A stretch of 64,000 nt of DNA from Eubacteriales bacterium (GTDB lineage Bacteria > Bacillota > Clostridia > Oscillospirales > CAG-272): assembly GCA_045127235.1 (NCBI GenBank), contig JBGVPY010000079.1:4471-68470 (forward strand), in the 5' to 3' direction. Shown one piece after another: positions 1 through 9,309 of the stretch. Positions within the stretch are counted from its first letter, which is position 1. Each line of letters starts with the position of its first letter. The translations under genes were made by a program, and so were the position numbers. A model generated the notes under the pieces. The model made no database searches and was not told the DNA's origin. It saw only the letters and a list, made by a program, of their open reading frames with translations.

Positions 1-545
1 ATATGCCTATGGTTGCTTTTAGGGGTAAATCGCATTGCTCATCATTTTTTATTGACTATTCTTCTGGAATCAAAGAGGTATTTGAATCTCTTGATGAAAA
101 TAATACGATTTATATTGTATGTGAGGATGAATCTATTTCGCAAGAAATTGAATTTACAAAGGTGGCAAAGAATTATTCAAACATCGAGACCAAAAGGTTC
201 TTTTCTTCTAAAAGATTTGAACATGCGGGCTATGATGCGGGAGAGTATTTTATAAAGAATAATATATTTCCAAATGTTATAATTTGCGCATACGATGAAA
301 TAGCTCTTGGATTAATAGAAACTTTAAAAAACAACAATGTAAAAATACCGGAGCAGGTGTCTGTTATTGGCATAAATGATATACCAACTGCTAAGTTTTG
401 CTTTGGCGGTCTTTCAACAATATCGTATGATTTTAAAAGTATTTCAGCGGAGATGGTCCGTGATCTTATCGAAAATTTAAGAAATTCACAAAATAAAATT
501 TATAGTTACAGTGTTCCAACAAAGCTGATTAAAAGAAAAACATAA
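1..545 (+). CDS. LacI-family transcriptional regulator, C-terminal sugar-binding domain (5' truncated by window edge)
   Basis: C-terminal motifs typical of LacI effector domains (IICAYDEIALG, IPEQVSVIGINDIP, LSTI); frame is open to the window start and no HTH is visible. Confidence 0.8.
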   Translation, partial: MPMVAFRGKSHCSSFFIDYSSGIKEVFESLDENNTIYIVCEDESISQEIEFTKVAKNYSNIETKRFFSSKRFEHAGYDAGEYFIKNNIFPNVIICAYDEIALGLIETLKNNNVKIPEQVSVIGINDIPTAKFCFGGLSTISYDFKSISAEMVRDLIENLRNSQNKIYSYSVPTKLIKRKT

Positions 546-643
546 TTAAACACTAATTAAATGAAAAAGCCAAAGGAAAGCCCTTTGAACAACTTTTTGT
601 CTTTTATATTTAGTTAAAATATTATATTTAAGGAGAAAGGAAT

Positions 644-2701
644 ATGAAAAAGAAAATTCTATTAACACTTGCTATTATTGCAATTTTAGTATGCTTATTT
701 TCAATTTCGGTAAGCGCAGAAAACAGAACAAGCATTTCTTATACCGATATTGACGGTGTAACTCACAATGTTCCCGTTGTAAAGTATGAGGATGCAACAG
801 CGGAAGTAGTAGCATCTAAATTAGGTAATAATGCTACAATGCAGTCATTATTTATCGATAACGGTGCATACGCAATTTTAAAAGCAACGGATGGAAACCT
901 AACTGCTTATCCGTCATGGTACATTATCGAGCCATCAGGTAGCAGCGCAGATTATGTCGCAATTAGCGAAATCGAATACGGTTATGTGAACGCAGTGTCA
1001 GGCAAAAACTATAACAGGGGAGCGATTCTTTATATTGAGTTTCCGGAGGGAATGACACATCTGCGTGGTAATAGTGTATTTGGTGGAAATAAAATGATGT
1101 ATGAGGTAAATATTACAGAAATCGTTATTCCAAGTACCGTGATAGCCGCGCAGAACAATTGCTTTGGTTCGGCACCATCACTTAAAAAGGTGTTTATTAA
1201 GGAAAATTCTCAAATGACAACAATATCGGGAGGTTCCTTCACAGGTTGTGAAAATCTTACATATATTCAGTTTGAAAATTTATCGCAGTTAGAAAGCATT
1301 GACGGTATTTTAAACTGTAATTTAACAGGAAAAATTGACCTTTCAAAAAATACAAAGTTAAAATCCTTGCCTGCTAATTTCTTGTTGAATTGTTCAAATG
1401 TTACAGAAATAGCATTGCCAGATTCCATAGAAACTATTGGAAACAACGCATTTGACGGTTGTACTAATATTAGATTTTCAAGTCCCTATTTACCGAAAAA
1501 CCTTGTTAGTATCGGAACATATTTTATGAAAGGTTGTAAGAATATAAACGAAATTCTTATTTTCCCAGAAGGATTTACAACTATTACTGATGAGGGCTTC
1601 TCAAATACATCAATTGCTGATGCAGAAAACGGAACATTAAATCTTGTATTCTTGGGCGAGCCCACTAAATTAATTTTAGACGGTTCAAGCTATACCGGTT
1701 GGGCAAAATATGTAAATGTATATTTTGCTAAATATACAATTAGTGATTTCAAGGGAAATGTTTATGCCTTCAGCGACAAAGATACAGGCATACTCGGCGG
1801 TAAAACCTCTCAATCAGGTAAGCTTGAATTTGATGTAGCAAGCGCGTCTCCATCAAGCACCACCCAGGTTTCAGAAAATCATATGAGATTTTTCTTCTGT
1901 GGTGAAAACGGTAAGGTTCAAGCGTCATATATGCTTACAAATACAGGTACAGATATAACAGAGGACAGAGAAACTTTTGTAATTGACGGACATACTCATT
2001 TCGGTAACTCTGTAATAATAGAAAACACCTGCGGTAAGGACGGAAGAGATACGGTCTCCTGTATTATTTGTGATAGCGATATCGTAACAGTCCTAGAAGC
2101 AACAAATAACCATAACTACGCTGATGGGATTTGTGATATTTGTGGCAAATCTCTTTGTCCAAATGGTGGAGACCACGATATTAAGCAAGTAGCAATTTTT
2201 GAAAATGGCTTTTTAAACGGTGGCAAAATAGTAAGCAAGTGTCAAAACGCGGGGTGCACATACGAGGAAAAGGAAGCAAACTTAGAGCCTATTTTCGTAT
2301 TCAAGGGCTATTCAGCAAAAATCAATGGCGATAAGATGACAGTGAGCTATCTTGTAAATAACGCATCACTTAAAGCATATGAGGAAATAAACCAAAAATC
2401 AATCAGCTTCGGTGTCGTTGCAAGCGCTGCGCAAGCATCAGAATCTAATCCAATCAGCGTAGTAAATGGCGAACTTAAAGCTGAAAATAATGTAGTAATG
2501 GCGCAAGTAAACAAATCCTTCTGTGGCTTTGACTTTATCCTTAACGGATTTACAAGCGAGTATTACTCAAAAGCGCTTGTTATGTGCGCATATGTATATG
2601 ATGACGGTAAGGTATCATATCTCTGCTTTAATAATGGAGTAGCGGGACAGTACGAAAGCGCGTACTCAATATCCTTTAGCGAATACGCAACTAAAGAATA
2701 A
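644..2701 (+). CDS. Secreted BspA-type leucine-rich-repeat surface protein
   Basis: Signal peptide (MKKKILLTLAIIAILVCLFSISVSA); LRR_5-like repeats (EIALPDSIETIGNNAFDGCTNI, LPKNLVSIGTYFMKGC); Cys/His-rich segment; SD AAGGAGAAAGG. Confidence 0.8.
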   Translation: MKKKILLTLAIIAILVCLFSISVSAENRTSISYTDIDGVTHNVPVVKYEDATAEVVASKLGNNATMQSLFIDNGAYAILKATDGNLTAYPSWYIIEPSGSSADYVAISEIEYGYVNAVSGKNYNRGAILYIEFPEGMTHLRGNSVFGGNKMMYEVNITEIVIPSTVIAAQNNCFGSAPSLKKVFIKENSQMTTISGGSFTGCENLTYIQFENLSQLESIDGILNCNLTGKIDLSKNTKLKSLPANFLLNCSNVTEIALPDSIETIGNNAFDGCTNIRFSSPYLPKNLVSIGTYFMKGCKNINEILIFPEGFTTITDEGFSNTSIADAENGTLNLVFLGEPTKLILDGSSYTGWAKYVNVYFAKYTISDFKGNVYAFSDKDTGILGGKTSQSGKLEFDVASASPSSTTQVSENHMRFFFCGENGKVQASYMLTNTGTDITEDRETFVIDGHTHFGNSVIIENTCGKDGRDTVSCIICDSDIVTVLEATNNHNYADGICDICGKSLCPNGGDHDIKQVAIFENGFLNGGKIVSKCQNAGCTYEEKEANLEPIFVFKGYSAKINGDKMTVSYLVNNASLKAYEEINQKSISFGVVASAAQASESNPISVVNGELKAENNVVMAQVNKSFCGFDFILNGFTSEYYSKALVMCAYVYDDGKVSYLCFNNGVAGQYESAYSISFSEYATKE

Positions 2702-2724
2702 TAAAAGAATAAATTAATAACAAC

Positions 2725-2751
2725 AAAAACGGACACACTGTGTCCGTTTTT
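2725..2751. terminator. Bidirectional intrinsic terminator
   Basis: AAAAACGGACAC-ACT-GTGTCCGTTTTT between convergent genes. Confidence 0.85.
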
Positions 2752-2755
2752 ATCA

Positions 2756-3418
2756 TTATTGTTTGTTTTCTGTGCTTGAACTATCTCCGCTTGGTGTATC
2801 GTTAGGCTTGAAGAAGTTAAAATGCTTTTTAGGATCTACATGCTTGTTATCAACCTTTAATTCATAGTGTAAATGTGGTTCCTCAGCTATTTCATTCATA
2901 GCACTTTCGCCGATTGCACCGATAACATCACCGCCTTTTACAGAAGCACCGATGATTATTCCTTCCTTTACAGTTGGATCAAGATTTTTATATATACTTA
3001 CTGCATTACCTGAATGCTCAATAGAAATGCATGTTCCCATAAAAGGATCATCCCACACATTTGTTACTGTACCATCAGCAACTGCAACTACATCACTACC
3101 TAATGAAGCGCTAATATCAACACCTAAATGAGTTCTGTAATCATTCATTGTTTGAGAAAAAACAGGGACAGTATCGCTAAAATCAATACTGATAGAACCA
3201 TCAACAGGTAATATAAATGTTGGTAATAGATTTTCGTCTTCATTTAGTGTTGGTTCATCAACATTTGAGCTATCTGAGTCAACATTATTATTTGGCTGAT
3301 CAGGCTCAGGCACATTTCTTCTTGCTGCAACTGTTGCTATAATAAGTATAGTTACTACCGCTAAAACAACAGCCATTGTTACATAAAATATTCTTACATT
3401 TTTCTTGTTATCTTCCAT
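2756..3418 (-). CDS. M23-family peptidase with N-terminal membrane anchor, SpoIIQ-like
   Basis: N-terminal TM helix; HLGVD (HxxxD) and PHLHYE (HxH) M23 motifs; possible forespore-sigma promoter upstream. Confidence 0.75.
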   Translation of the reverse strand: MEDNKKNVRIFYVTMAVVLAVVTILIIATVAARRNVPEPDQPNNNVDSDSSNVDEPTLNEDENLLPTFILPVDGSISIDFSDTVPVFSQTMNDYRTHLGVDISASLGSDVVAVADGTVTNVWDDPFMGTCISIEHSGNAVSIYKNLDPTVKEGIIIGASVKGGDVIGAIGESAMNEIAEEPHLHYELKVDNKHVDPKKHFNFFKPNDTPSGDSSSTENKQ

Positions 3419-3449
3419 TGTTTAAAATCCTTTCAATTTATTGCAAATG

Positions 3450-3479
3450 TATTATTTGCCTTAAAAGCTATATTTATTC
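3450..3479 (-). promoter_or_regulatory. Possible sigmaF/sigmaG-type promoter of the M23 peptidase gene
   Basis: Minus strand GAATA-18 nt-AATAATA, also readable as GAATA-14 nt-GGCAAATAAT; short AT-rich motif, so weak. Confidence 0.3.
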
Positions 3480-3496
3480 ATGCTAATCATTTTTTG

Positions 3497-3525
3497 TTGA
3501 CAAGAAGCTTATAATATGATAAACT
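3497..3525 (+). promoter_or_regulatory. SigmaA promoter
   Basis: TTGACA-17 nt-TAAACT with extended -10 TG. Confidence 0.65.
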
Positions 3526-3556
3526 AATATAAATAAATACAGTTTTTGGGGGCCGT

Positions 3557-4186
3557 ATGATACTAATTGAAAGAACAAGCGTTATGAACTTGGAAAACGC
3601 TATAAGAGGCGCAAGAAACCCTATGAATTCTTGGGCAAAAAGCGACAGCTATTATGATGAAAAGGGCAATTACATATTGGGCGAAAACGATTTAAGCTTA
3701 GCTAAAAAGCTTGCTAAAGCTGGAAGCGATCACAGGAAATATCTTCGTCAAATTTTTGTGTCAGTAGATATTACAGCACCACTTTATTGGTGGAAGGAAT
3801 ATGATACTTACAAGGTTGCAACTGTTGCTAATTCTACGTCAACTATGCATAAAATTCATTCAAAGAAATTTGAAAGAAGCGATTTTAGTTGCGACAGAAT
3901 GAGCGAAAAGGCACTTAATGTGCTTGACAACATGATTGAATATCTTGAAGAAGCAAGACTTAATTTTGTTGAAACAAAAGATAAGCAATATTGGCACGAT
4001 ATGATTCAATTATTACCATCAAGCTATAATCAAATGCGTACCTGTACATTGAATTATGAAACTCTTATCAATATTTATTATGCAAGAAAAACACACAAGC
4101 TTGCTGAATGGCATATACTATGTGATTGGATAATGTCTTTACCATATGCAAAGGAATTAATAGCTATAAAAGATGATGCTGAATAA
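3557..4186 (+). CDS. ThyX-fold (FAD-dependent thymidylate synthase-like) protein, divergent
   Basis: Resembles the clostridial/phage ThyX-like family (AIRGARNPMNSW, DHRKYLRQI, APLYWWKEYDTYK, NSTSTMHK, LPSSYNQMR); canonical RHRx7-8S motif absent. Confidence 0.6.
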   Translation: MILIERTSVMNLENAIRGARNPMNSWAKSDSYYDEKGNYILGENDLSLAKKLAKAGSDHRKYLRQIFVSVDITAPLYWWKEYDTYKVATVANSTSTMHKIHSKKFERSDFSCDRMSEKALNVLDNMIEYLEEARLNFVETKDKQYWHDMIQLLPSSYNQMRTCTLNYETLINIYYARKTHKLAEWHILCDWIMSLPYAKELIAIKDDAE

Positions 4187-5360
4187 ATTAATTAAGGATT
4201 ATGATAAGCCTGAATTACCCGCTACACGTATTAGAGTTGGCAGATTTGCAGGCTTCATTGGAATAATTGCAAACGTTATATTATTTGCTGTAAAACTTAC
4301 GATAGGTTTATTAACGGGAAGCGTATCTGTTATTGCTGACTCTTTAAATAACTTATCTGATTCAGGAGCTAACGTGCTTACTGTTGTGGGATACACGTTA
4401 ACAGGTAAGCCTGCCGATAAGGACCATCCTTATGGGCATGCAAGAATGGAGTATTTGTGTAGCTTATTTATTTCTATTATCGTTGCATTTTTAGGCTTTG
4501 AAATGCTTACAAGCTCTATTGATAAGCTGACAGGCAAGCCAACTACTGAAAAATATGATACTGTGGCTATAATTATAATTGCATCCACAATAGTAGTTAA
4601 AATTGCTTGCGCGTTAATTTTTAGAAAACTAGGAAAGCATATTAACTCCGATACATTAAAAGCTACAATGATTGACAGCATTAGCGATGTAATCGCAACG
4701 GGAGCAGTAGTTGTGGGAATGCTTTTAACTCCTATTACAGGACCATATACAGATGGCGTTATAGGCATTGCTATTGCAATTTACATCATGGTAATGGGTA
4801 TAAAGCTAGTTGTTGAATCTTCAAATACGCTTTTAGGCAAAGCACCTGATGATGATTTCTTAAAGGATATCATATCAAAAATTCGCAAATACGATGGTGT
4901 ATTAGGTATTCACGATTTGGTAATTCACTCATATGGCGAAAATAAAACGTTTGTATCTGTACATGTAGAAGTTGACGCTGACGGAAATATTATGGAAAGT
5001 CATGATTTAATAGACAACATTGAAGCTGATTTCTTAAAGGAAAATATAAATCTTGTTGTTCACATGGACCCAATTTCAATATCAGACCCTGAAACGAACG
5101 AATTGAGAGCAAAATGCATGGATATTGTTTCTCATATTGGAGCAGAGATGTCATCCCCTATTTCTATTCATGATTTCAGAATAGTAAAAGGGGTTACACA
5201 TACAAATGTTTTGTTTGACGTAAACGTTTCTAACGAGCTTTCTTTGACTAATGAGGAGCTTTGTGAGAGAATTTCACAGGATGTTAAAAAAATCAATTCA
5301 CACTATAATTTAGTATTAACAATAGATAGAGACTATTTTTCTGAAAGATACGGAAAATAA
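4173..5360 (+). CDS. Cation diffusion facilitator (CDF) transporter
   Basis: SVSVIADSLNNLSD, KPADKDHPYGHARMEY, six TM segments, C-terminal IHDLVIHSYG dimerisation domain. Confidence 0.9.
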   Translation: MMLNKLIKDYDKPELPATRIRVGRFAGFIGIIANVILFAVKLTIGLLTGSVSVIADSLNNLSDSGANVLTVVGYTLTGKPADKDHPYGHARMEYLCSLFISIIVAFLGFEMLTSSIDKLTGKPTTEKYDTVAIIIIASTIVVKIACALIFRKLGKHINSDTLKATMIDSISDVIATGAVVVGMLLTPITGPYTDGVIGIAIAIYIMVMGIKLVVESSNTLLGKAPDDDFLKDIISKIRKYDGVLGIHDLVIHSYGENKTFVSVHVEVDADGNIMESHDLIDNIEADFLKENINLVVHMDPISISDPETNELRAKCMDIVSHIGAEMSSPISIHDFRIVKGVTHTNVLFDVNVSNELSLTNEELCERISQDVKKINSHYNLVLTIDRDYFSERYGK

Positions 5361-5378
5361 TTAAAGCGAGAATATAAA

Positions 5379-7391
5379 ATGAAAACAAAAACTAAAGTTT
5401 TATTTTTAATTACATTTATTTTGACATTTTTATTTATTCTTACTGTAAACGTTTTTTCAGCATCTATATATGATGAAAATAATAATAAATATCTTCCTAC
5501 TGAGGATAAGGTGTTTTATTTACCATCTCATATAAGCCCAAATGCTGTTTTGTTTGAGCAAAATGGAGAAATACAGGTTATCAATCTTACTTCTTCTAAA
5601 ACAACCGATGCTAAAGGTAATGAGGTTTACGAATATAATTTGTTTGGAGCAACCTTTACCTTTTATTTTGCTAATAATTTACCAAGTATTTATACAACAA
5701 CCTCTATTCCTCTTGAAAATCTCTTAAAGGATAAGAGTGTAAGGGATAAAGGCGTTAAAATGTTTATTACTGATAAGGATGGAGTTAACTATTATTACGA
5801 TACATCTGATACTGTAAGCGAAATGAAAATGCGTGGAAATGCAACGGCTAATAACAAAAAGCCACCGTTTCAAATTAAATTAAGTGAAAAGACTGATTTG
5901 TTTGGAATGGGGGCTGCTAAAACGTGGATTTTACTTGCAAACTATACCGATCAATCCTTGATTCGTAATAGTGTTATGTACAAAATCGGTGAAATGTTAG
6001 GTATTTTAACTTGTGAAAATAAAAGCGTTGATTTGTATGTAAACGGCGAATATTATGGCGTGTACCTACTTTGTGAAAAGGTTCAGGTTAATCCTGAAAG
6101 AGTAGATATCTACGACTTGGAAAAGGAAAATGAGCTTTTAAATCCTAACAACTATGGTTTTACACGTAGGATTAAAAGCGGAGCTTTAATTGATGAAACA
6201 ATAATTACTGAATATCAATACGTACGTAACATGATAAATCCGTCAGATATTTCGGGTGGATATTTAGTAGAGCTTGATAATAACTATTATGAGGGAGAGA
6301 AGTGCTATTTCAAAACCTCAAACGGCAATGCATACGTAATTAAATCTCCTGAGTTAGCTTCACAAGAGCAGGTTGAATACATAGCTAGAGTGTTTGCCGA
6401 AATGGAAGAAGCAATTTATTCGCCTAGTGGCAAAAACTCAAGGGGAGTACATTATAGCCAATATGTTAATGTTGAAAGCTTAGCGTATGGATATATATTA
6501 CAGGAATACGGCAGAAACTGGGATTCCGGTTCATCAAGCTTATATTTTTATAAGGATTTAGATGTAAACGGGGAGTTTACTAAGATTGTTAAAGGACCGC
6601 TTTGGGACTGCGATAATACCTTAGGAAATATGGTTAAGCTTAGAAATGGCGACCCTGAAAATAATCCTGAATCATATTGGTCTGTTAATAGCCAATTATG
6701 GAGAGGTCTTCTACAGCATGATTATTTTAATTTTGTTGTAGCGCAAACATTTGCAAGAATTTATCCTGAGCTTATAAAATTAACAGAGGACGACGGTTTT
6801 ATTTCTAAGATTGTTGAAGATATTGGATCATCTATCGTTATGGATATAATGCGATGGGATAGGGATGACTATTCAAAGTGGCCTATGTACAGCGATTATG
6901 TTTTTCCAGGGGTTCACGCTGATACATGGCAATCAGGACAGGTATTCCAGTTTATTGACGGAGAGTATTCAGACGGTGTTGATGATGATACCTCTACGGT
7001 TATAGGATATCTAAATGATTTTATTGTAAGGCGAGCTAACTGGTTAAGAAGTGAATGGGCTTATAATGATGGCGATGAAGCACCAGGTGTTTCGAATGAT
7101 GGAATAATTGATGAAAGTATTCAAATGCCTATTGCGCCTACATTTACACCTGTATATCCTGATACTCCAAATACCGACACATCTACTGATACTGTCATAG
7201 ACACAAATGTTGATACAAGCGATAATGTAAATACCGATACTAACACGGATTCTTCAACAGATGTTAGTGGCGGAAGTGAAAACGACGGAAATGGTAATAT
7301 GATTGTTGTTATTTTAATTATAGCTTTCGTTTTACTTGCGTCAGTAATTGGTGTAGTTGTGGTTTCCTATAAACTTAAAAAGCAAAAATAA
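5379..7391 (+). CDS. CotH-kinase-family protein with signal peptide, D/T-rich linker and C-terminal membrane anchor
   Basis: MRGNAT, KPPFQIKL, WILLAN, VDLYVNGEYYGVYLLCEKV, GPLWDCD; C-terminal TM followed by KKQK. Confidence 0.85.
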   Translation: MKTKTKVLFLITFILTFLFILTVNVFSASIYDENNNKYLPTEDKVFYLPSHISPNAVLFEQNGEIQVINLTSSKTTDAKGNEVYEYNLFGATFTFYFANNLPSIYTTTSIPLENLLKDKSVRDKGVKMFITDKDGVNYYYDTSDTVSEMKMRGNATANNKKPPFQIKLSEKTDLFGMGAAKTWILLANYTDQSLIRNSVMYKIGEMLGILTCENKSVDLYVNGEYYGVYLLCEKVQVNPERVDIYDLEKENELLNPNNYGFTRRIKSGALIDETIITEYQYVRNMINPSDISGGYLVELDNNYYEGEKCYFKTSNGNAYVIKSPELASQEQVEYIARVFAEMEEAIYSPSGKNSRGVHYSQYVNVESLAYGYILQEYGRNWDSGSSSLYFYKDLDVNGEFTKIVKGPLWDCDNTLGNMVKLRNGDPENNPESYWSVNSQLWRGLLQHDYFNFVVAQTFARIYPELIKLTEDDGFISKIVEDIGSSIVMDIMRWDRDDYSKWPMYSDYVFPGVHADTWQSGQVFQFIDGEYSDGVDDDTSTVIGYLNDFIVRRANWLRSEWAYNDGDEAPGVSNDGIIDESIQMPIAPTFTPVYPDTPNTDTSTDTVIDTNVDTSDNVNTDTNTDSSTDVSGGSENDGNGNMIVVILIIAFVLLASVIGVVVVSYKLKKQK

Positions 7392-7395
7392 CAAT

Positions 7396-7424
7396 AAAAT
7401 CCGCAATTTATTTGCGGATTTTTT
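7396..7424 (+). terminator. Intrinsic terminator
   Basis: AAAATCCGCAA-loop-TTGCGGATTTTTT. Confidence 0.8.
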
Positions 7425-7485
7425 ATATTTTAGTATATTTTGAAGCAAAATTATCCAAACTAAGCAAAAAATTGCGAGGTAAAAT

Positions 7486-8013
7486 ATGCAAGCGGTAATT
7501 TTAGCGGATAAATATTCACACGATACAGTAGAAGAGATAATTAATAATTATAAGAAATACGGAATAACTGACTTTATATTATGCAGAACTTCATCATGTG
7601 ATATGATAGAGGAATATGAAAAATACGGTTGCAAAATCATTGACGTTAAGCTAGAAAGAAAAAATAAAACAGGTGGTCAAATTTTAAAAATCGCTAATTT
7701 ATTAGATGATAATGCGCCTTTTTTTCTTACGTATGGAGATTATTTATGTAGTGTGGATTTAAATAATCTTTTGCGCTTTCACAAAAGTCATGGAAGGGTA
7801 TTGTCTATTGTTGTTATTAAAGAAATGGAAAAGCAAATATTTGGTGGTTATATGATTATGGATTATGATGCTATCGGATATATAAATGATATAAGCAATG
7901 TATTTGAAAAAGAGCCTCTTACTAAAATAGCTGAGGATGGAGAGCTTGGATGGTACAGATTTTCAGGTAAATATCAAATTACTTATCAGCATATGAAAAT
8001 TTACGGATTTTAA
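7486..8013 (+). CDS. Short, degenerate sugar-phosphate nucleotidyltransferase-like protein
   Basis: MQAVILA start, YGITDFILC, TGGQI, FFLTYGDYL, FHKSHG resemble NTP_transferase/RfbF; the GGxGxR loop is missing. Confidence 0.6.
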   Translation: MQAVILADKYSHDTVEEIINNYKKYGITDFILCRTSSCDMIEEYEKYGCKIIDVKLERKNKTGGQILKIANLLDDNAPFFLTYGDYLCSVDLNNLLRFHKSHGRVLSIVVIKEMEKQIFGGYMIMDYDAIGYINDISNVFEKEPLTKIAEDGELGWYRFSGKYQITYQHMKIYGF

Positions 8014-8076
8014 TATTGCAAAAATAGCGTTAATGGTATATAATATACCTGTATAAAATTATAGAGGTATTTGCAA

Positions 8077-9294
8077 ATGGAAAAAATTAAAATGACAACT
8101 CCGTTAGTTGAAATGGACGGAGATGAAATGACAAGAATTATTTGGAAGATGATTAAGGATGAATTACTTTATCCGTTCATTGACCTAAAAACTGAATATT
8201 ATGATCTTGGCTTGCCTGAAAGAGAGAAAACAAAGGACCAGGTTACATTTGACTCAGCTTATGCAACACAAAAATACGGTGTTGCTGTAAAATGCGCAAC
8301 AATTACTCCTAACAAGCAAAGAGTAGAGGAATACAATCTTACTGAAATGTGGAAAAGCCCTAACGGGACAATACGTGCTATATTAGACGGTACAGTATTT
8401 AGAGCGCCTATTCTTATTGATTCAATTAAGCCAGCAGTACGTAATTGGAAAAAGCCTATTACGATAGCACGTCATGCTTATGGCGACGTTTATAAATCAA
8501 CAGAGTACCGTGTGCCAAGCGAAGGTAAAGCAGAGCTTGTTTTTACTGATTCTAACGGAAACGAATTATTTAGAAAAACAATTTATGATTTTGAGTGTCC
8601 TGGCGTGCTTCAAGGTCAGTATAATAAGGACAGCTCTATTCATTCCTTTGCTCATTCTTGCTTTAATTATGCTATAAATACTAAGCAAGACCTATGGTTT
8701 GCAACAAAGGATACAATTTCAAAGCAATATGACCAAACTTTTAAGCTTATTTTCCAGGAAATATATGAAAAGGATTATAAAGCAAAATTTGAAGAGCTTG
8801 GAATTGAGTATTTCTACACACTTATAGATGATGCGGTTGCAAGAGTTATTCGTTCTGAGGGCGGATATATATGGGCGTGCAAGAACTATGATGGAGATGT
8901 TATGTCAGATATGGTATCAACTGCATTTGGTTCACTAGCAATGATGACATCTGTACTTGTTTCTCCAAATGGACAATACGAGTATGAGGCGGCTCACGGA
9001 ACGGTTACGAGACACTATTATCGCTACTTAAAGGGAGAGGATACATCAACCAACCCAATGGCAACTATATATGCTTGGAGCGGTGCTCTTCGTAAAAGAG
9101 GCGAGATGGATAATCTTCCAAGACTTGTTGATTTTGCAAATAAGCTTGAGGAAGCATGCATAAATACCTTAAATGATGGAATTATGACTAAGGATTTAGT
9201 TGGATTAGTTGAGCAGGGAGTAAAAGCGACAGCTGTTAATACAATAACATTTATAAAAGAAATTCGCACAAGACTTGAAAATAAGCTTGCATAA
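8077..9294 (+). CDS. icd: NADP-dependent isocitrate dehydrogenase (dimeric, eukaryote-like subfamily)
   Basis: [50 protein letters not shown]; ATG at 8077 fits the SD better than TTG at 8071. Confidence 0.95.
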   Translation: MEKIKMTTPLVEMDGDEMTRIIWKMIKDELLYPFIDLKTEYYDLGLPEREKTKDQVTFDSAYATQKYGVAVKCATITPNKQRVEEYNLTEMWKSPNGTIRAILDGTVFRAPILIDSIKPAVRNWKKPITIARHAYGDVYKSTEYRVPSEGKAELVFTDSNGNELFRKTIYDFECPGVLQGQYNKDSSIHSFAHSCFNYAINTKQDLWFATKDTISKQYDQTFKLIFQEIYEKDYKAKFEELGIEYFYTLIDDAVARVIRSEGGYIWACKNYDGDVMSDMVSTAFGSLAMMTSVLVSPNGQYEYEAAHGTVTRHYYRYLKGEDTSTNPMATIYAWSGALRKRGEMDNLPRLVDFANKLEEACINTLNDGIMTKDLVGLVEQGVKATAVNTITFIKEIRTRLENKLA

Positions 9295-9309
9295 AAGGAG
9301 CTATAAATA

